DNA of 62,519 nucleotides, filler included, from Lenisia limosa (Eukaryota > Protista > Breviatea): NCBI GenBank assembly GCA_001655205.1. It is 13 parts of 13 records of this genome, joined end to end, with 100 filler letters (N's around TTAATTAATTAA, not from the genome) between each part and the next. Parts side by side here need not be neighbours in the genome. Positions count along the whole stretch, not along the records: positions 25,078 to 47,746 come from LPNZ01006886.1; positions 47,847 to 48,977 come from LPNZ01002250.1; positions 49,078 to 50,393 come from LPNZ01006382.1; 10 more parts are not named here. The stretch is one strand, 5' to 3'. Positions 37,193 through 50,316 of this stretch are shown here, piece after piece. The notes beneath the pieces were generated by a model. The model was not told where the DNA came from, made no database searches, and saw nothing but the letters and a program-made list of their open reading frames with translations. The position numbers and the translations under genes were made by a program. The first letter of the stretch is position 1. Each line of letters starts with the position of its first letter.

Positions 37193-37580
37193 CGTTACTT
37201 TCTAATTCTACCACTACCAGGTGACTTAGCTCGATAATCGACCACACGTTCATTACCTTTGACTAGATGACATCTATCGACCCCTCACCCTTGGGTCAAC
37301 CCCAACGACCGACCGACCTTGGTCGTTGAACAACCATCTTCCTGAGATCGGTCCTTACTAGGCTCAAAACAAATTTCTTCCTCCGTCAAGTCGGAACATA
37401 CAGCATTAAATGTAATCTTTTTTTGGGTCGCCAAGGGTCAACCTACAACCGGATCGGTCGCTACCAGTTGTTACTTTCTGACTCTACCACTACCAGGTGA
37501 CTTAACTTGAAAGTTAAGCAGACGTTCATTACCTTAGACTAGATGACATCTACCAACCCCTCGCCCTTGGGTCAACCCCA
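37193..37580 (-). repeat. Two 112-bp direct repeats (37193-37304, 37469-37580), LTR/TRIM-like
   Basis: Similar throughout by eye, with TG...CA ends on the right copy. On the minus strand TGGTAGCGAC lies 2 nt downstream of the right copy (PBS-like). Confidence 0.55.
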
Positions 37581-38149
37581 GCGATGGCAATTTCACAGGT
37601 AACGAAAGTATTGATCAGAAGAAAGGTCCAGCAAAGGTATACTCAAAGGAAGATGGTAAGAGTTAACGCAAAAGCAACTATTATTCGTTCCTTCAGCTTC
37701 CACTAAAGGTTATGACCCTAATCATAGATTAGAAAAGTGGTTTCAAGGGGGGAAAGACATTTGCTCTATTTGGGAAAACTATAAGACGCTTTTGTGAAGA
37801 AAATTTGAAAGAGAACACATTATATTACTACTTTGAGGCCGATAAATGCAATCTAAAGGAGAGGCACAAGCGGGTAATTGGTCACGGAGGGTCACATGCA
37901 AAGTTGAGATTTCTTAGTGAGCTCGAGAAGTGGTCCCCAAATCTAAGCTTTTGAAGTCAAAAATCTAGACAAAAATTAGGTTTTTAGTCAAATACAAAAT
38001 CTAAGTACCATCTAAGGAAAAGCTTAGAATCTAAGGGTGGTCGAACGCGGCCTCACTCTAGTGCTCGGGCCGTAGCTTGGTAGAACTGGCTAACCACCCC
38101 CCTCATTATGCTGTTCCAATATAACATTGACTATCAATAAATCTGATGT

Positions 38150-39330
38150 ACCTCACTCCCATACCAGTGCGGCAACGACACTGGTGTTCCAGGCTAGGAG
38201 GCAAGTTGTTGTTGGAGGTGTAGGTATTGAACTCCTTGTCGTCAGTAAAGGTCACGAACTTGTCGCCAACCAGTCTTAGCGAGAGTCCGACTTACGACAG
38301 AGATGGCCTCGATGAGCTCCAGGGTGTTGATCTCAGCTGTAAAGTGCGGGACGGGGAGGAGGGAAGAGACGAACTCTTCACTGTAAGGGACAAGAGAAGT
38401 GCTTAGTGTGAGCCTTGGGCTTCAGCTTGGATCTTGTCGTTGATGAAGTTGATGCTGGCAACAGCGAATGCCTTACCGGTTTGGACGGGAGTGGTGGCGG
38501 TGATGTTGGCACTCAAAACGGCTCCCATTGTGCGTAACTGACAAAACTCAGTAGTGTCAGCGCCGATGTTGGTTATGCCCTTGGAGAATGACTTGGGAAC
38601 CTTTGACAAAAGGCAACCACGAACGCCAGCCTTGAGCACACTGAAACTCATAAGGTCAAGAGTTGTGAGGCGTAGGAGATGTGGGAAGGGAGGAAGAAAG
38701 GAAAGATTTTGTTATTAAGAAGATGTTTTAGTACAAGGGGAGCGTATCAGAAGCAATGTACGTCGAGCAGTAGTCAAGCCCAGAAGTCATTAGGAATGGA
38801 GTACTTATGGCAGTACTCGTTGACAAAAGGGACGAAGACATCGAAATCAAGGTCTCAACAGTATCATGTTTCACCTACAATACATTCCTTAAAAGCCTCA
38901 ATAAACATCGGTATTGTAAATGCCTTTTCAAATCTAAAGTGAAGCTATTCATAGTTCTCAAAAAAGATAAAGGTTGTTCCTAAGAAATAGGTGACAGCAG
39001 CATTTTTAATCTTGTAACCCCCCATTCCTTCTAGCGTTTTAGAGAGCTCAATACGGTGGCGCCATAGGGGCGGATCTTCTCCTTCTCCTTCTCGGAGATG
39101 GTCATGTTGGCACCGAGACGGCGGGTACCTGAAACACCGCTGGAGCTGATACACAAGAGGACAAACTGTTTTTAGGTAGCTATTATGTAAGCAAAAATGA
39201 TAATTTTCCATCTAATTCCCCTCTAACCAGATCGTACCGACCAAGGTTATATGCTGGATGGCCTTGGGCTTGCGGCGGTAGGCGATCTTAGACTCCTTGA
39301 AGATCACAACTTTGGCCTGGAATGGTCAAC
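38150..39330 (-). CDS. Unidentified multi-exon gene with apparent single-base frame errors
   Basis: GC3-rich exons AKVVIFKESKIAYRRKPKAIQHITLV, GTRRLGANMTISEKEKEKIRPYGAT, DLDFDVFVPFVNEYCHKYSIPNDFW, EINTLELIEAISV. Confidence 0.45.
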
Positions 39331-40499
39331 AGTGAACTTAAAAAGGGGTGATAAATTAGTAATTGCCAGATAAAAAGACTAAACCAACCATTCTTATGAT
39401 TCTTATCAGGGAGCGGGAAACAACGTGTGCCGGAGGCTTGGAAATGCTGAAGCTTCTCCTTCAAATCAAACCTTTCGAAAGTACAATCATTGTTTCTTGC
39501 GCCAGTCTGGAGATGGAGGAGGTGGTTTCCATAGAAAAGAAAATTTGAAACATTTGAAAACAAAAACTAGGAGGAGAGACGCTAATGAGCATGGAGGCTC
39601 TTGAGGAAGTACCGAGTGCATCTCTTGCGGAACGCGACTGTGTACCCCAAAACTCATTGGAGTCATTCACTGCCCTGTTGAACGCAAATTTGAATGCTTC
39701 GTCTCTCAATAGGTAGAAAACAATTTTCAAGACAAGGGTTGCTGTAGTCTTGTGGCGATTTGTAAATGAACTCAGGAAGCTACAAAAAAGTTAGTTTTTG
39801 TTAGACAGGTGTTAAAACCAAATTTGCGGAGGGATTCTGGGCGGTAATGAGGAGTACAGCATGTATCTATCTGATGTTCGCAATGAAGAGGGCTAATTGG
39901 TCGATGAAGACCCGCTTGTCCTTCGCTTTATAGATTCTGGTGTGAGCAAAACCGGTGAACCGCTTAAAGACTGGGGTGAAGTAAAAAAGGATGTGAGAGA
40001 ACCAAACCTTCAGTGACTCTGACTTCAGATCAGTCAATGAATATGCATCCCACGTGTCTCAAATCCAGATCATCATCATGATTTTATATCTTGAAACTTT
40101 TTTGATCATTTTGAGTATCATGGCTTCCGAAAATGAGAAAAGGAACAAGGTCAAAAACAATCTCAAGTTGTCCAAAGTTTTGACGTGTCCTGTGATTTTG
40201 TTGTCAGGAGCATTAACATATTGCATACTCTCTGAGATAACAAAATGTATTGACTTTTTTGGGCTTGTTCGCGGCTGTTAACACTCATGTGCCTTAAATT
40301 CATAATTTTTTGGGGCAAGTATCCCTTGCTGTATTAACATGCAAGTAGTTTATTCTTTAGGTTGTATGTTGTTCACCACTGGAACGTTCGGCTATTGCTG
40401 ATCAATTGACAGTTACAGGTGTAAAGTTCTATTCAATGAGATGGGTTTTATTATTTTTGATTAAATTAAGGGACGAGATGCACTTGAACATTTAATATC

Positions 40500-41950
40500 G
40501 CTTCCACAATCAGAGAATCCTTCTGCAGTTATATTTTGTAACCCGATTCTACACCAAATCAAGAAGTCTGACTGTGCTGATCCATTTCAAACAACTACAA
40601 TTGGGCCTGTTGGGATGGAAGTTGAGAATCGACCTCCAACTGAAGAGGAGCTAACCATCATTGATATTGAGCTCAAGGTAATTAAATTATATTTTTATTT
40701 GGCGTTTAATGAACTATTAAGTCGCAGTATTTACATGATTTTGTCAGTTCCCTATCCACAGGTACAATTATTTAATTCTTGCTTTTGCGTGTGTGTGTGT
40801 AAATCAATCCTTCTTCGAGAATACGTGTTTTATCTATCATAATTTAAAATATGATACTAACATATTATGTGTATTGTGTATTTTATTCATATTTAAACAT
40901 TCATACATGTATGTATTGTATATGATATGTATTTATATACTATCTGTAGCTTGGTGTTTATATATTGCGAACAAGCCTTTTTAGTGGGAGAATCGACAGT
41001 TTCGAGAAAATTGAAGAAAAAAAAAAGGCTTTCACCACCTCGGCGTCACTGTGTTGGAGTTGCCTGCTTTGGCCTTTTGGCATTGATTTGGAGAGATAGC
41101 TACCAGTTATTGCAAGGGAGAGTTACAGGGGATTTCAATTTCGGGAGGCAGTTGTGATCGAAGGAAAGGTTTGAGGGAGCCAGTGGGCTATGGCGATATA
41201 GGGGCAGAACGCACCGGGATATGATATCAATCGGTTCAAAACGCTTTCACTGGCGTTGGAACGCCAGCAAACCAACCTCAGCCTTCCAGCTGTGACGCTT
41301 CTGCTAGCAACACTTTGCCTCTTCACAGGATCGTCACAACTGATATGTCATATTTTTCTCTTTATCACCCCTTTCCCGCTTTAGGCTTGAAGTACGCTTT
41401 CCCCCCTGTCTCCTCCTTTTTACTGTCATGCTCTCATCTCTGAACAGATCGTTACTGCTCTGCCGCCAATTCTGAGTAACATTCAGCAATCTGCAAAGGT
41501 ATGTTTATGGGGGATTAAACGTTTCGTTTCATGAGCGTTATTACGCTGCCAGCTTGGTAAAAGCTTGTATACATCAATGAACATACATTACCTGACCTTC
41601 AATTAGGCTTATAGACGTGTTGCTAAAAACGCTGTTCTGCTGATCTTCGGATTTGCTGGTGATGTTGAAGATGATAACGAAGAGGAAGAAGAAGAAGATG
41701 GTGAGGATGAGTTTCAACAAGAAGGTCAACAAGAAGCGGTCAAGAAGGATGTCAAGTACCCCATTGAGACCACGGGCAAGCTCTTCGTCCAGGGTGTCAC
41801 CGAGGCTCTTAACTCAGATGAGGAGGAGGCTGCCTTTCTCAACGACCCCTACAAGTTCACCACCAACGACTCTGCCGCCGCCATTTTCTTGAAACGCGTC
41901 ATTCACCTCAAGAGGTCCCAGCTAAGACTACCCCTTTCGGGTGCTCTGTA
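40500..41950 (+). CDS. Unidentified gene with an acidic C-terminal region
   Basis: Exons ...GMEVENRPPTEEELTIIDIELK, IVTALPPILSNIQQSAK, and a terminal exon AYRRVAKNAVLLIFGFAGDVEDDNEEEEEDGEDEF...LRLPLSGAL-TAA. Confidence 0.5.
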
Positions 41951-43209
41951 AGGGGAGTTGGTAAGAAATGAACGTAGATCAAAGTATCAAAATACACACT
42001 GAACTTTCAAATAGTTTTTAAATTGCACTTATTTTTTTTTTATGTGGTTGAATATTAATATCATAGGCGGGCTACATCCGGTCCATTGTGTCTGCTGTCG
42101 GCTTCTGGTGGGTTCAGGCGTGCTGATGTGGGAGGGGGGAAGGGGAAGGTGGGGGTCTTATGCATACTTCATATATATATAATATAAAATACTCAAAATG
42201 AAAAGATTTTACGTATCCAGAAGAAGGGTCGCCACCCCTATTGCCGATGCTCTCCGCTTCGATGATCTACCTAAAATTGCGAATAGTGAAGGAACCAGTG
42301 CATTCATTGGAATGATGAAGGTTGGCTTACAGGGGAATAACGATTCTGCTTTGCCTCTATATAATCTGCTTAGGGCCGAGTGCACATTGGGGTAGTTGAA
42401 TGTTGAAGCCTCATATATTACATTATTTATTGCTTCGGGAGTGTAATATTCTATTTGTCTTCTGACTTCAGATTTGCTTATGATATCCCTATTCTGTGAC
42501 AGATGCCATTCTTTCTAACTGTCGTTAAAACAAACTATGGTCAATATCCGGTTGATTTTAGCACTAAACAACCCTAATGGGTCTAACCTAGTCCCCTACA
42601 AAGTATTTAAACGCTGGTGTTTGAATAACGTGTCCTTGATAAGGGCCAAGACGAAATCGCTGCTCGAAGAGGTGGGAGCAAGAGGTTGCTGCTCCCCCCA
42701 AAAAGTCTGTTCATCTCTATTGGCTTCCACAAAACAAGTTCTCAGGGGAATCTTTGAAACCCCAGTATTGCCAAAAATCACCTGTTTTGATATTTTTCCA
42801 ACGCTCTTACACCCACTGTTCCTACAGCCCGATACTTGTGAACACTTATTAGGGGGTTTTAAGTGGAGCCGATAGGGGGGGAAAGTGGCAAAAGAGCCGA
42901 TCATGGCAAATCGTAAGGTCTTATAAATTCCAAGACAGTTCGTCTAAATGTGAAAGTCGTTTTACTAGTTTCCGCTAACATTTTTTTTTTACTTTTTCAG
43001 CAGTTCAAAGGCTCTTCGAGAAATAGTCATTCAAGGAACAAGGACAATATTTCTCCGGTTTTCTGGTCGGATGCAAGCCAAGCCTTCTTAATATCAAGGT
43101 TTAAATACAATTATACGGGACAAGATTTCCTTCTGAGAGCTTAACGTATTTGTTATTCTGGGAAGTCGACTAAATGTACTCTGACCCTCTAAAGCTCTAG
43201 AACTTTGTC

Positions 43210-43964
43210 TTAAGGTGGTGGTTTCATGTTGGGTACCTAATTATATACGCTTTACTTCCATTATTCATTTCCAGAAATCGACAGATGAGCAAGTTTAATG
43301 GTGAATAATGCATAACGAAGACCCTCAAATGCTTGACGGAATATACTGTAGAGTACAATATTGTAAAATAAAACCGCTTAGAGACTTACAAGGGAGGAGA
43401 GAGGCTTGAGAAATTGTTGAGAAAAGAAAAAAAAAACCACAAGGCGCTTCTGAACATTCTCATATTCTCTATTATATGCTTCTACTGGCAAATCACCGGA
43501 TACATATATCGAGTTGTTTAGAGAGCATTTACGGCTGGCTCCAGCGCGCCAATTCTTTTGCTAAGAGTTCTCAATTCTGTTCCTCTTTTTCTAGTTTAGC
43601 ATGATGATTAGTTAATAGAAGCATATTTTAGAGCACAAGAAGTATTCAGGAAGTGATTAATGTTGTTTTTGTCCTTTTTCGTTGGGTAACTCGTGTCTCT
43701 TACCCCCTCCTCGCGTCTCTTAGCAGTTTTATGGTACAGATTAATACTTTAGTGTCATTTTCGACAAGTGTTTGCTCTTATTCGTGATCACCCTGCCCCA
43801 TGCCTTTCGTAATCCTTGAAATTGATGCTCTTATAACCCCGCCAGGTAAACTCTTTTAAGGTTGACATGTACATTTTTTTCTATTTAATTGGCTCATCTA
43901 TTGTAAGTGAGTGGTCAAATCATGTGCAATCCCCAAATTAAATGGCCTGACACCACCACCTTAA
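43210..43964. mobile_element. Family E copy 2: 755-bp TTAA-flanked non-autonomous TIR element
   Basis: TTAA|GGTGGTGGTTTCATGTTGGGTACC ... GGCCTGACACCACCACC|TTAA. Homologous in reverse orientation to 27049-27928 along its length; no ORF. Confidence 0.8.
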
Positions 43965-44229
43965 AATGCCAAGAAAAGAGGCAAAAAGAGGCAAAAGTGA
44001 CCAAAAGTTGGCCTTTTCTCACCAAAATGTATATCACAGAGGAGGTGGGGGTAAATGCAGCTCTGAAAAGACAGGCTGTGAGCCCCAGATCTCCTCTACT
44101 GCCCCATTTCTTGTCCCCCTTCCTTTTTTCTCTGACATCATTCTTAATTTTTTACACTTTCTCTCAACGTAGAGTGTTGAATCAAAACAACATGGAGAAT
44201 ATATATATTTTTTCGAGAAAGAAGTGACG

Positions 44230-45410
44230 GAAAATTTAAAAATGTTTGCACCCTGGATCGGGAAAGATGGCAAGACGAATGTTCGCTCGGATAGGCTTCT
44301 TCTTCTTCTTGGTATGGTTGGTCATTTAAAGGCAAAGAAGTTCTGAACAGTCACAAGGGAAATGACAATACTAACAAAATGCGCATTGCAAAGTTAGGTA
44401 ATCTTGTTTATCTTACGTCATATACGTCTCTGTCAGCTGACGCCTCCTGAAGTCCAACCCAGTCAAGCGGCAGCACTTTCACATTCGGATCACGGTCTTT
44501 TGGTACCATCTAAAACAATATTAGGTTTCAAAAGTTATATAGGTAGGATGTAACACAAGGTACATTGTATACTGATAACACGATATCATAGAAAATGATA
44601 TACATCCGTACCACAATACAAGGGAACACCGGGTGGCCAAGGACAAATTTGTTCTTGATTGACGTGTTCTTAATTGACTGCGCGGGGAGAACACATTCAG
44701 CAACCTGGAGGTTTTTGAGCACAGATAAATAAAAGTACTACATAATATTAAACACCAAGGAAAGGAGTAATATCGTGAATTACTGTTGATATGATTTTCA
44801 ACCAAACTTCAAACGGGTATCTTTGACATCTTGAAGGAGCGGACATTCTAAGCGCTCGCCATTCACAGTCCAGAGGTCACCCTATTATCAATGAATTTGA
44901 TATTATAATGGCATCCTCATATTTGTTAAACAACACATGTATGATAAATAACTGTTTTTTTATGTACAGACAAAACTAAATATGATGATCCTTTCATATA
45001 ATGTATAATAGATAGATAGATATATTACATATGTAAAAATATATCAAATAATACGTCAGTATCCTCGAGTGTGCCCTTGTATCTTGATAAAGATATAAGT
45101 GTTATTGGATTACTTTTATTAACAGTATAAATATGGTAAAAGCAACATGGGTGTTTCAAAAAAAACGATAACTTGCTTATCACGAGTCAAATTCAGCATC
45201 TCCTTTTCTTTTTTGGTTCATTTGACACTTTTAAATTTCCAAGGTATACTCCCCCCCCCCCCCNNNNNNNNNNNNNNNNNNNNNNNNNNNNNNNNNNNNN
45301 NNNNNNNNNNNNNNNNNNNNNNNNNNNNNNNNNNNNNNNNNNNNNNNNNNCTGACTGGTCACGATCCGAGCATTTGGCTCTGACCCGTGACTCACATTCC
45401 TGTGAGCCTT
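44230..45410 (-). CDS. Unidentified multi-exon gene
   Basis: Exons GDLWTVNGERLECPLLQDVKDTRL, VAECVLPAQSIKNTSIKNKFVLGHP, MVPKDRDPNVKVLPLDWVGLQEASADRD with GT-AG borders. Confidence 0.4.
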
Positions 45411-45907
45411 GATGTTCGTAGATTTTCCTCCGGGTTAGTTGTTCTCATTTTGGTATCATAAGCATCGTAGAATATACTGAGAACAGTTGACCATAGTACA
45501 CTGTTTCATAGCTTTTAGGTTTCTTCTTGACCCACATCTTCATTAAATCGACAAAGAGGCCACATCTCGCTTTAACTCCAAAGTGGACACACGCTTCAAC
45601 TTATATGGAGTTGTTGATCTTTCAGTTACAGTACTTAGATGGGATTTGAGGAGAATTTCCTTTAAATCACCATTAATTGGACTCCCGTTTTAAGTTTGGC
45701 TAGCTAAACTGATCTCGGAAAGAGTAAATGTTTACCGTAACTTTATTTTAATTAACATGCATCTTTTCAGCATATTCTAGAGAGTTCATTTCAAGATCTT
45801 TAAAAAGGTGCCAATATATATGTAACCAATGTAATTAGTGAGACAATATAATCAATCGTTTTGTTTCACTCCGTTTTACATTTTTACGCTTGTTAAGTGA
45901 TTCAAGG

Positions 45908-46750
45908 ATGCTTAGAGCTAACGAAATCTTTGTTCAAGGAGTTTTGGGTGATCACTCAGAAGATGAAAGTTTGTTTGAGATGCTGACCTTCTATTTGAAT
46001 ATATTAGGTTCTTTTCAGATAAAATGAAGGATTATCAAGCTAACCTCGTGATGCCTGAAAGTTCTGTTCCCANNNNNNNNNNNNNNNNNNNNNNNNNNNN
46101 NNNNNNNNNNNNNNNNNNNNNNNNNNNNNNNNNNNNNNNNNNNNNNNNNNNNNNNNNNNNNNNNNNNNNNNNNNNNNNNNNNNNNNNNNNNNNNNNNNNN
46201 NNNNNNNNNNNNNNNNNNNNNNNNNNNNNNNNNNNNNNNNNNNNNNNNNNNNNNNNNNNNNNNNNNNNTGAAATAGTAAGAAAGATCGGTTTAAAGTGTG
46301 ACCTTTCAGCTCCAAAGAGCTGATGCTCTCTTTAGTGGCAAAAGGTGTGGTCAAGTTGTTCCCAAACCTATTCCTCAGGTAGGAGGATTTCAAAACTATT
46401 TATTTCAAGGCGGATTTGAAAGCTGCTTTGTTAAGGTCATTTTCTTCCCAAACTGAACCTTCAATGGAAACCAAAGAACTTGAGGATGGTAAAAAAATTT
46501 TAAAATAATTTGTACGATCACATTTAAGAATACTGATTTGTGAAGATAATCCCATAAATAGCAGAGTTGTTGTAGGAATGCTAAAAAAAGACCATTGCAT
46601 TCCACCAATTGTGGCAACAAATGGAGCAGTATTTTTCTCATTTACTCATTAGATTGGGGTGGAGTTGTGGAAGTCAAGACCATTTGATGTTATTCTCATG
46701 GACTGCCAAATGCCTGTTATGGATGGTTTCGAAGCTACCAGAATTATTAG
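45908..46750 (+). CDS. Hybrid histidine kinase C-terminal region with receiver domain (fragment, possibly frameshifted)
   Basis: KPIPQ|ADLKAALL, then [21 protein letters not shown]...VATNGA|[32 protein letters not shown] after removing 46629-46652. Confidence 0.8.
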
Positions 46751-46827
46751 TAAGAACTTTTCAACAATCTTTTCCATCCGTTATTGACTCACCTAAATCA
46801 TAAAATGTACCTTCCTAGGGAGTGGTA

Positions 46828-46911
46828 GAGAGCCCAGGCGACTTCAAGAGAAATAGCTTTTTGTGCATCTTTAGCAAGCTTATTTCTCTTGAAGTCTATC
46901 CCCTGGGCTCT
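46828..46911. repeat. ~84-bp imperfect hairpin (single-copy MITE-like)
   Basis: AGAGCCCAGG..ACTTCAAGAGAAATAGCTTT ... AAGCTTATTTCTCTTGAAGT...CTGGGCTCT. Confidence 0.55.
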
Positions 46912-49204
46912 TTGATCGTAAAAAAATGCTTATCAGGGATAAATAAATGAAACTTTGTGCATCTTCAGCTTTCTGTTTCTGTGAGATTGTCTGAAAATAC
47001 TTACTTTTACATATCAAGAGGATTGTCACCACGTCAGAACACTTTGATCCAGATGTTCACTGAGATCTCAAAAACTAGCTCACTTACTACGGGGCGTCGT
47101 CATAGTAGTAATATACATTTTTTGGCCTCAGACATATCCCCCATTCCCCATTAAAATATTACATGTACATTATATTATATACAAGGTCAAATATGACATG
47201 CCCCCAATATATGGATATCCAAATTAAAATCATATAGTATACATTTTGTCAAAATTCCTGATTTACGGAATAAAAATGCATTAAAACAGGACATTGATTA
47301 GGGAAGAATTTCGCTTGAAAGGTTTAAAGCTGGCCAAACACACAAATTTTGCGAGAAGTTATTTTTGAGCCGGGCTCTGTGTTCGGGGTGAAAATTTCTT
47401 GCCATGCTTGTGTCTTGAAGCTCGAAGTCCTTGAATAGCTAGGATGTCTGTTTTTGGATGTAGTTTACAAGAGTTGGCTTGGAAGGAGAAAGATCGATTT
47501 GAATTGGATGGGGGGTCACGGTGTGGGCCTCGGCTCATTCTGGTTGGACAGACTTTCCCCCCTCCCCAAGGAGGCTACTATCCCCTCCAGCCGTACACAT
47601 ACGGTATCCATCGCAGCGCAAGTGTTTGGCCCCCGTTGTGGTTGTTAGGGCCTCAGGTGGTGCGTATTGACTGTATTCATTATAGGGGGGAGATGCAGGT
47701 TGGTTTTGTGAAGGGAGGAGGTTACAGTATAATCCTGGGGGAAGAGNNNNNNNNNNNNNNNNNNNNNNNNNNNNNNNNNNNNNNNNNNNNTTAATTAATT
47801 AANNNNNNNNNNNNNNNNNNNNNNNNNNNNNNNNNNNNNNNNNNNNACCGATTTTCGACTCTAAATTATAAATAAAGATAGCACGAGAGTTCATTAGAGT
47901 GTATGATTGAGACTTATCAACACGAGTCTATCTGAGGTACCATATCATTGAGTGGAAAATGACGCAAAACTAGGATATGTATGTTATGTCCCCCCACCCC
48001 AATCTGGGAATGACCTTCCCTTTTTTTTTTATTATTTATATTTTCCAACCTTACAAAATATTGAGAAGACAAAATCTGATTCTGACCCCACCATGTTAAG
48101 CTACTTCTGTCANNNNNNNNNNTAGCAAAAACGCGTTTTTCAGACTTGTATTGAAATCGTTTGTCTATATCACACAAGTGGCCACACCTGATGATAGTTC
48201 ACCAATACTTTATTAATTGGGGGTATGACGAATCATTTTTGACTATTTTAGGTTGGAGCTCTCGTGTATAGTTTTTATGATGTCTTGTTTCTCTTATTAT
48301 TGTTTTGAAATACATTGTTTAATCTCTTATCCATCGTTTCCGAGAAGAAAAGTACACTTAAACAGAACAAAAAGAAGACTATCCTCAAAAAGACATTTTT
48401 CAAAAACTGGGTCCCTTAATATTCCCTTGGGCCCCTTTTTATGCACTGGGCCCCTTTTTATTCACTGAGCTACACTGACCAGTTTTTTACACGTCACTTT
48501 TTTCTGCTAGATTTCTTGCTGGATCTCAGTTTCAAACAGATTACACCATTTTGCGTGATACTAAATTTGTGAACCCTATAGGCAGCAGCTTGTTTCGGAA
48601 TTTGAAGCGGCATTGAACCCTGATATCGGCGCTATCCTGTCAAAATGGGTAGGGATGAGTGATCTAGAAACCATTATCTGGTTGATAATGTGTAACTCTT
48701 TTTAGCTTCCTCAAATGACAATCTACGCAAGCTACATTGGTAACAAGGGGTCTTTTTGATACTTTGTTCCGTGAAAAGTGTATAGGGCTGGGATTTATTA
48801 AGCCATATGACATGATCTATTTATTGAAATACTACAGTTGATTTCTACTGTTATGTAAAATGACCACCACAGCCAGCTACCCTGTGATCTGTGAGAGTCT
48901 CTCTCTGGCTCAGTCTTCTTCCACCATCATCGCAAAGTTTATCCGAAACGCTGTGGGTCAGATACAAGCCTTACCCCNNNNNNNNNNNNNNNNNNNNNNN
49001 NNNNNNNNNNNNNNNNNNNNNTTAATTAATTAANNNNNNNNNNNNNNNNNNNNNNNNNNNNNNNNNNNNNNNNNNNNGACGCTTCTGCAGCACGTGACAT
49101 CATAAATAAATAATAGAAAAAGACTGTCTCTCAAGTAGTACTAACCTACAGGGGGGTGGGGAGTGTAAAGGAGGTGACGAATACTCACAGAGGCATACCG
49201 ATGT

Positions 49205-50205
49205 TGAGGTTGACTTTTGAGAAGAGAGTGGGGCCTCCAGGGTAGTTGAAAGTCACGTCATTGAAACGGGCGAAGGGAGGGTTCAGCCGATCAGCGCTAG
49301 CGGTGTAAAAACCAAACATAATTGTATTTTTTAAAAAATCTTTACTAAAGCTCATATTAGATGACTTTTATATTTCGGTTACCAAAGTCGGGGCAATTTT
49401 TGATGTTGATTGAGAGAACAAGGAAAGATCGGAGAAAAATATAACCCCCCCCCCCNNNNNNNNNNNNNNNNNNNNNNNNNNNNNNNNNNNNNNNNNNNNN
49501 NNNNNNNNNNNNNNNNNNNNNNNNNNNNNNNNNNNNNNNNNNNNNNNNNNNNNNNNNNNNNNNNNNNNNNNNNNNNNNNNNNNNNNNNNNNNNNNNNNNN
49601 NNNNNNNNNNNNNNNNNNNNNNNNNNNNNNNCGAAGACGAATGCTGGGGTCATTGATGATCTCGTGCATTTCTCCAAGCCTAAACTGTAAACAACTGTTT
49701 CAATTATTTGCAATAGTAATGTAAAGCCTTCCCATTATCATGAGGGCTTCACTTCGGTTCGAAAAAATACCGGTTAAATATCGATAACTTTAGAGGATTT
49801 ATCGAGAATTTCAGTCTTTTTTAACCGAAGTAAAGCCCTAATTATCATACATTACATACCTCTATCACTCATATCACTCCTTTGCCCAGAACCTACTTTC
49901 CCATTGCCTTAATACGGGACTGTACAAGGGTAGCTCTTTTGGCGTTAAAGCGGAAGCGATCAACGAATTTCTGAAATTGAATATATGAGATAAGCACATA
50001 AGGCAAGTGATGTGAAATCGTCCATATTAATCAAGTTATTTATGTCTAAAAATAGCAACAATAAGAGATCTAAATATTAATATGTGATTTTCGTTAAGAG
50101 TAGACCCACACCTCACCTGCATATGCTCCTTTCTTCTGGCAATGGACTCATTCTCTTTCATTTGGTGCTGCATGCGAGAGAAACGGACTTTCTAAATCGA
50201 TCATT
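49205..50205 (-). CDS. ABCF3: ABC-F family ATPase (ABCF3/GCN20 type), internal fragment
   Basis: RMQHQMKENESIARKKEHMQ|KFVDRFRFNAKRATLVQSRIK|...EIINDPSIRL...FARFNDVTFNYPGGPTLFSKVNLNI, the inter-domain linker and start of the second ABC domain. Confidence 0.85.
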
Positions 50206-50213
50206 TCTGAGGC

Positions 50214-50316
50214 ACTACCAAATATGCGGTCATATGAGGCAATATCTATAAAGTCATTTCTGAGGCAATATCAAATATAAAGTCATTTCTGAGGCAATAT
50301 CAAATATATGGTTATT
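50214..50316. repeat. Degenerate ~29-bp minisatellite at the upstream edge of the ABCF3 fragment (probably intronic)
   Basis: GTCATTTCTGAGGCAATATCAAATATAAA repeated about 3-4 times. Confidence 0.7.

Noticed and set aside
38065-38100. tRNA-like start GGGCCGTAGCTTGGTAGAA
   Set aside because: It has an A-box-like stretch only, with no anticodon arm, T-arm or acceptor partner.
38150-39330. Possible CbiZ-like adenosylcobinamide amidohydrolase
   Set aside because: Only vague spacing similarity (ISSSG...N, WGLTTA after assuming an indel). The GTIN and ATGT..D motifs were not found and the frames cannot be joined.
43030-43110. Minus-strand LDIKKAW as a reverse transcriptase motif
   Set aside because: No following LPFG/QG or YxDD motif was found; too short to call.
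45350-45410. NVSHGSEPNA as a SET-domain NHSCxPN motif
   Set aside because: No other SET motifs appear in neighbouring exons.
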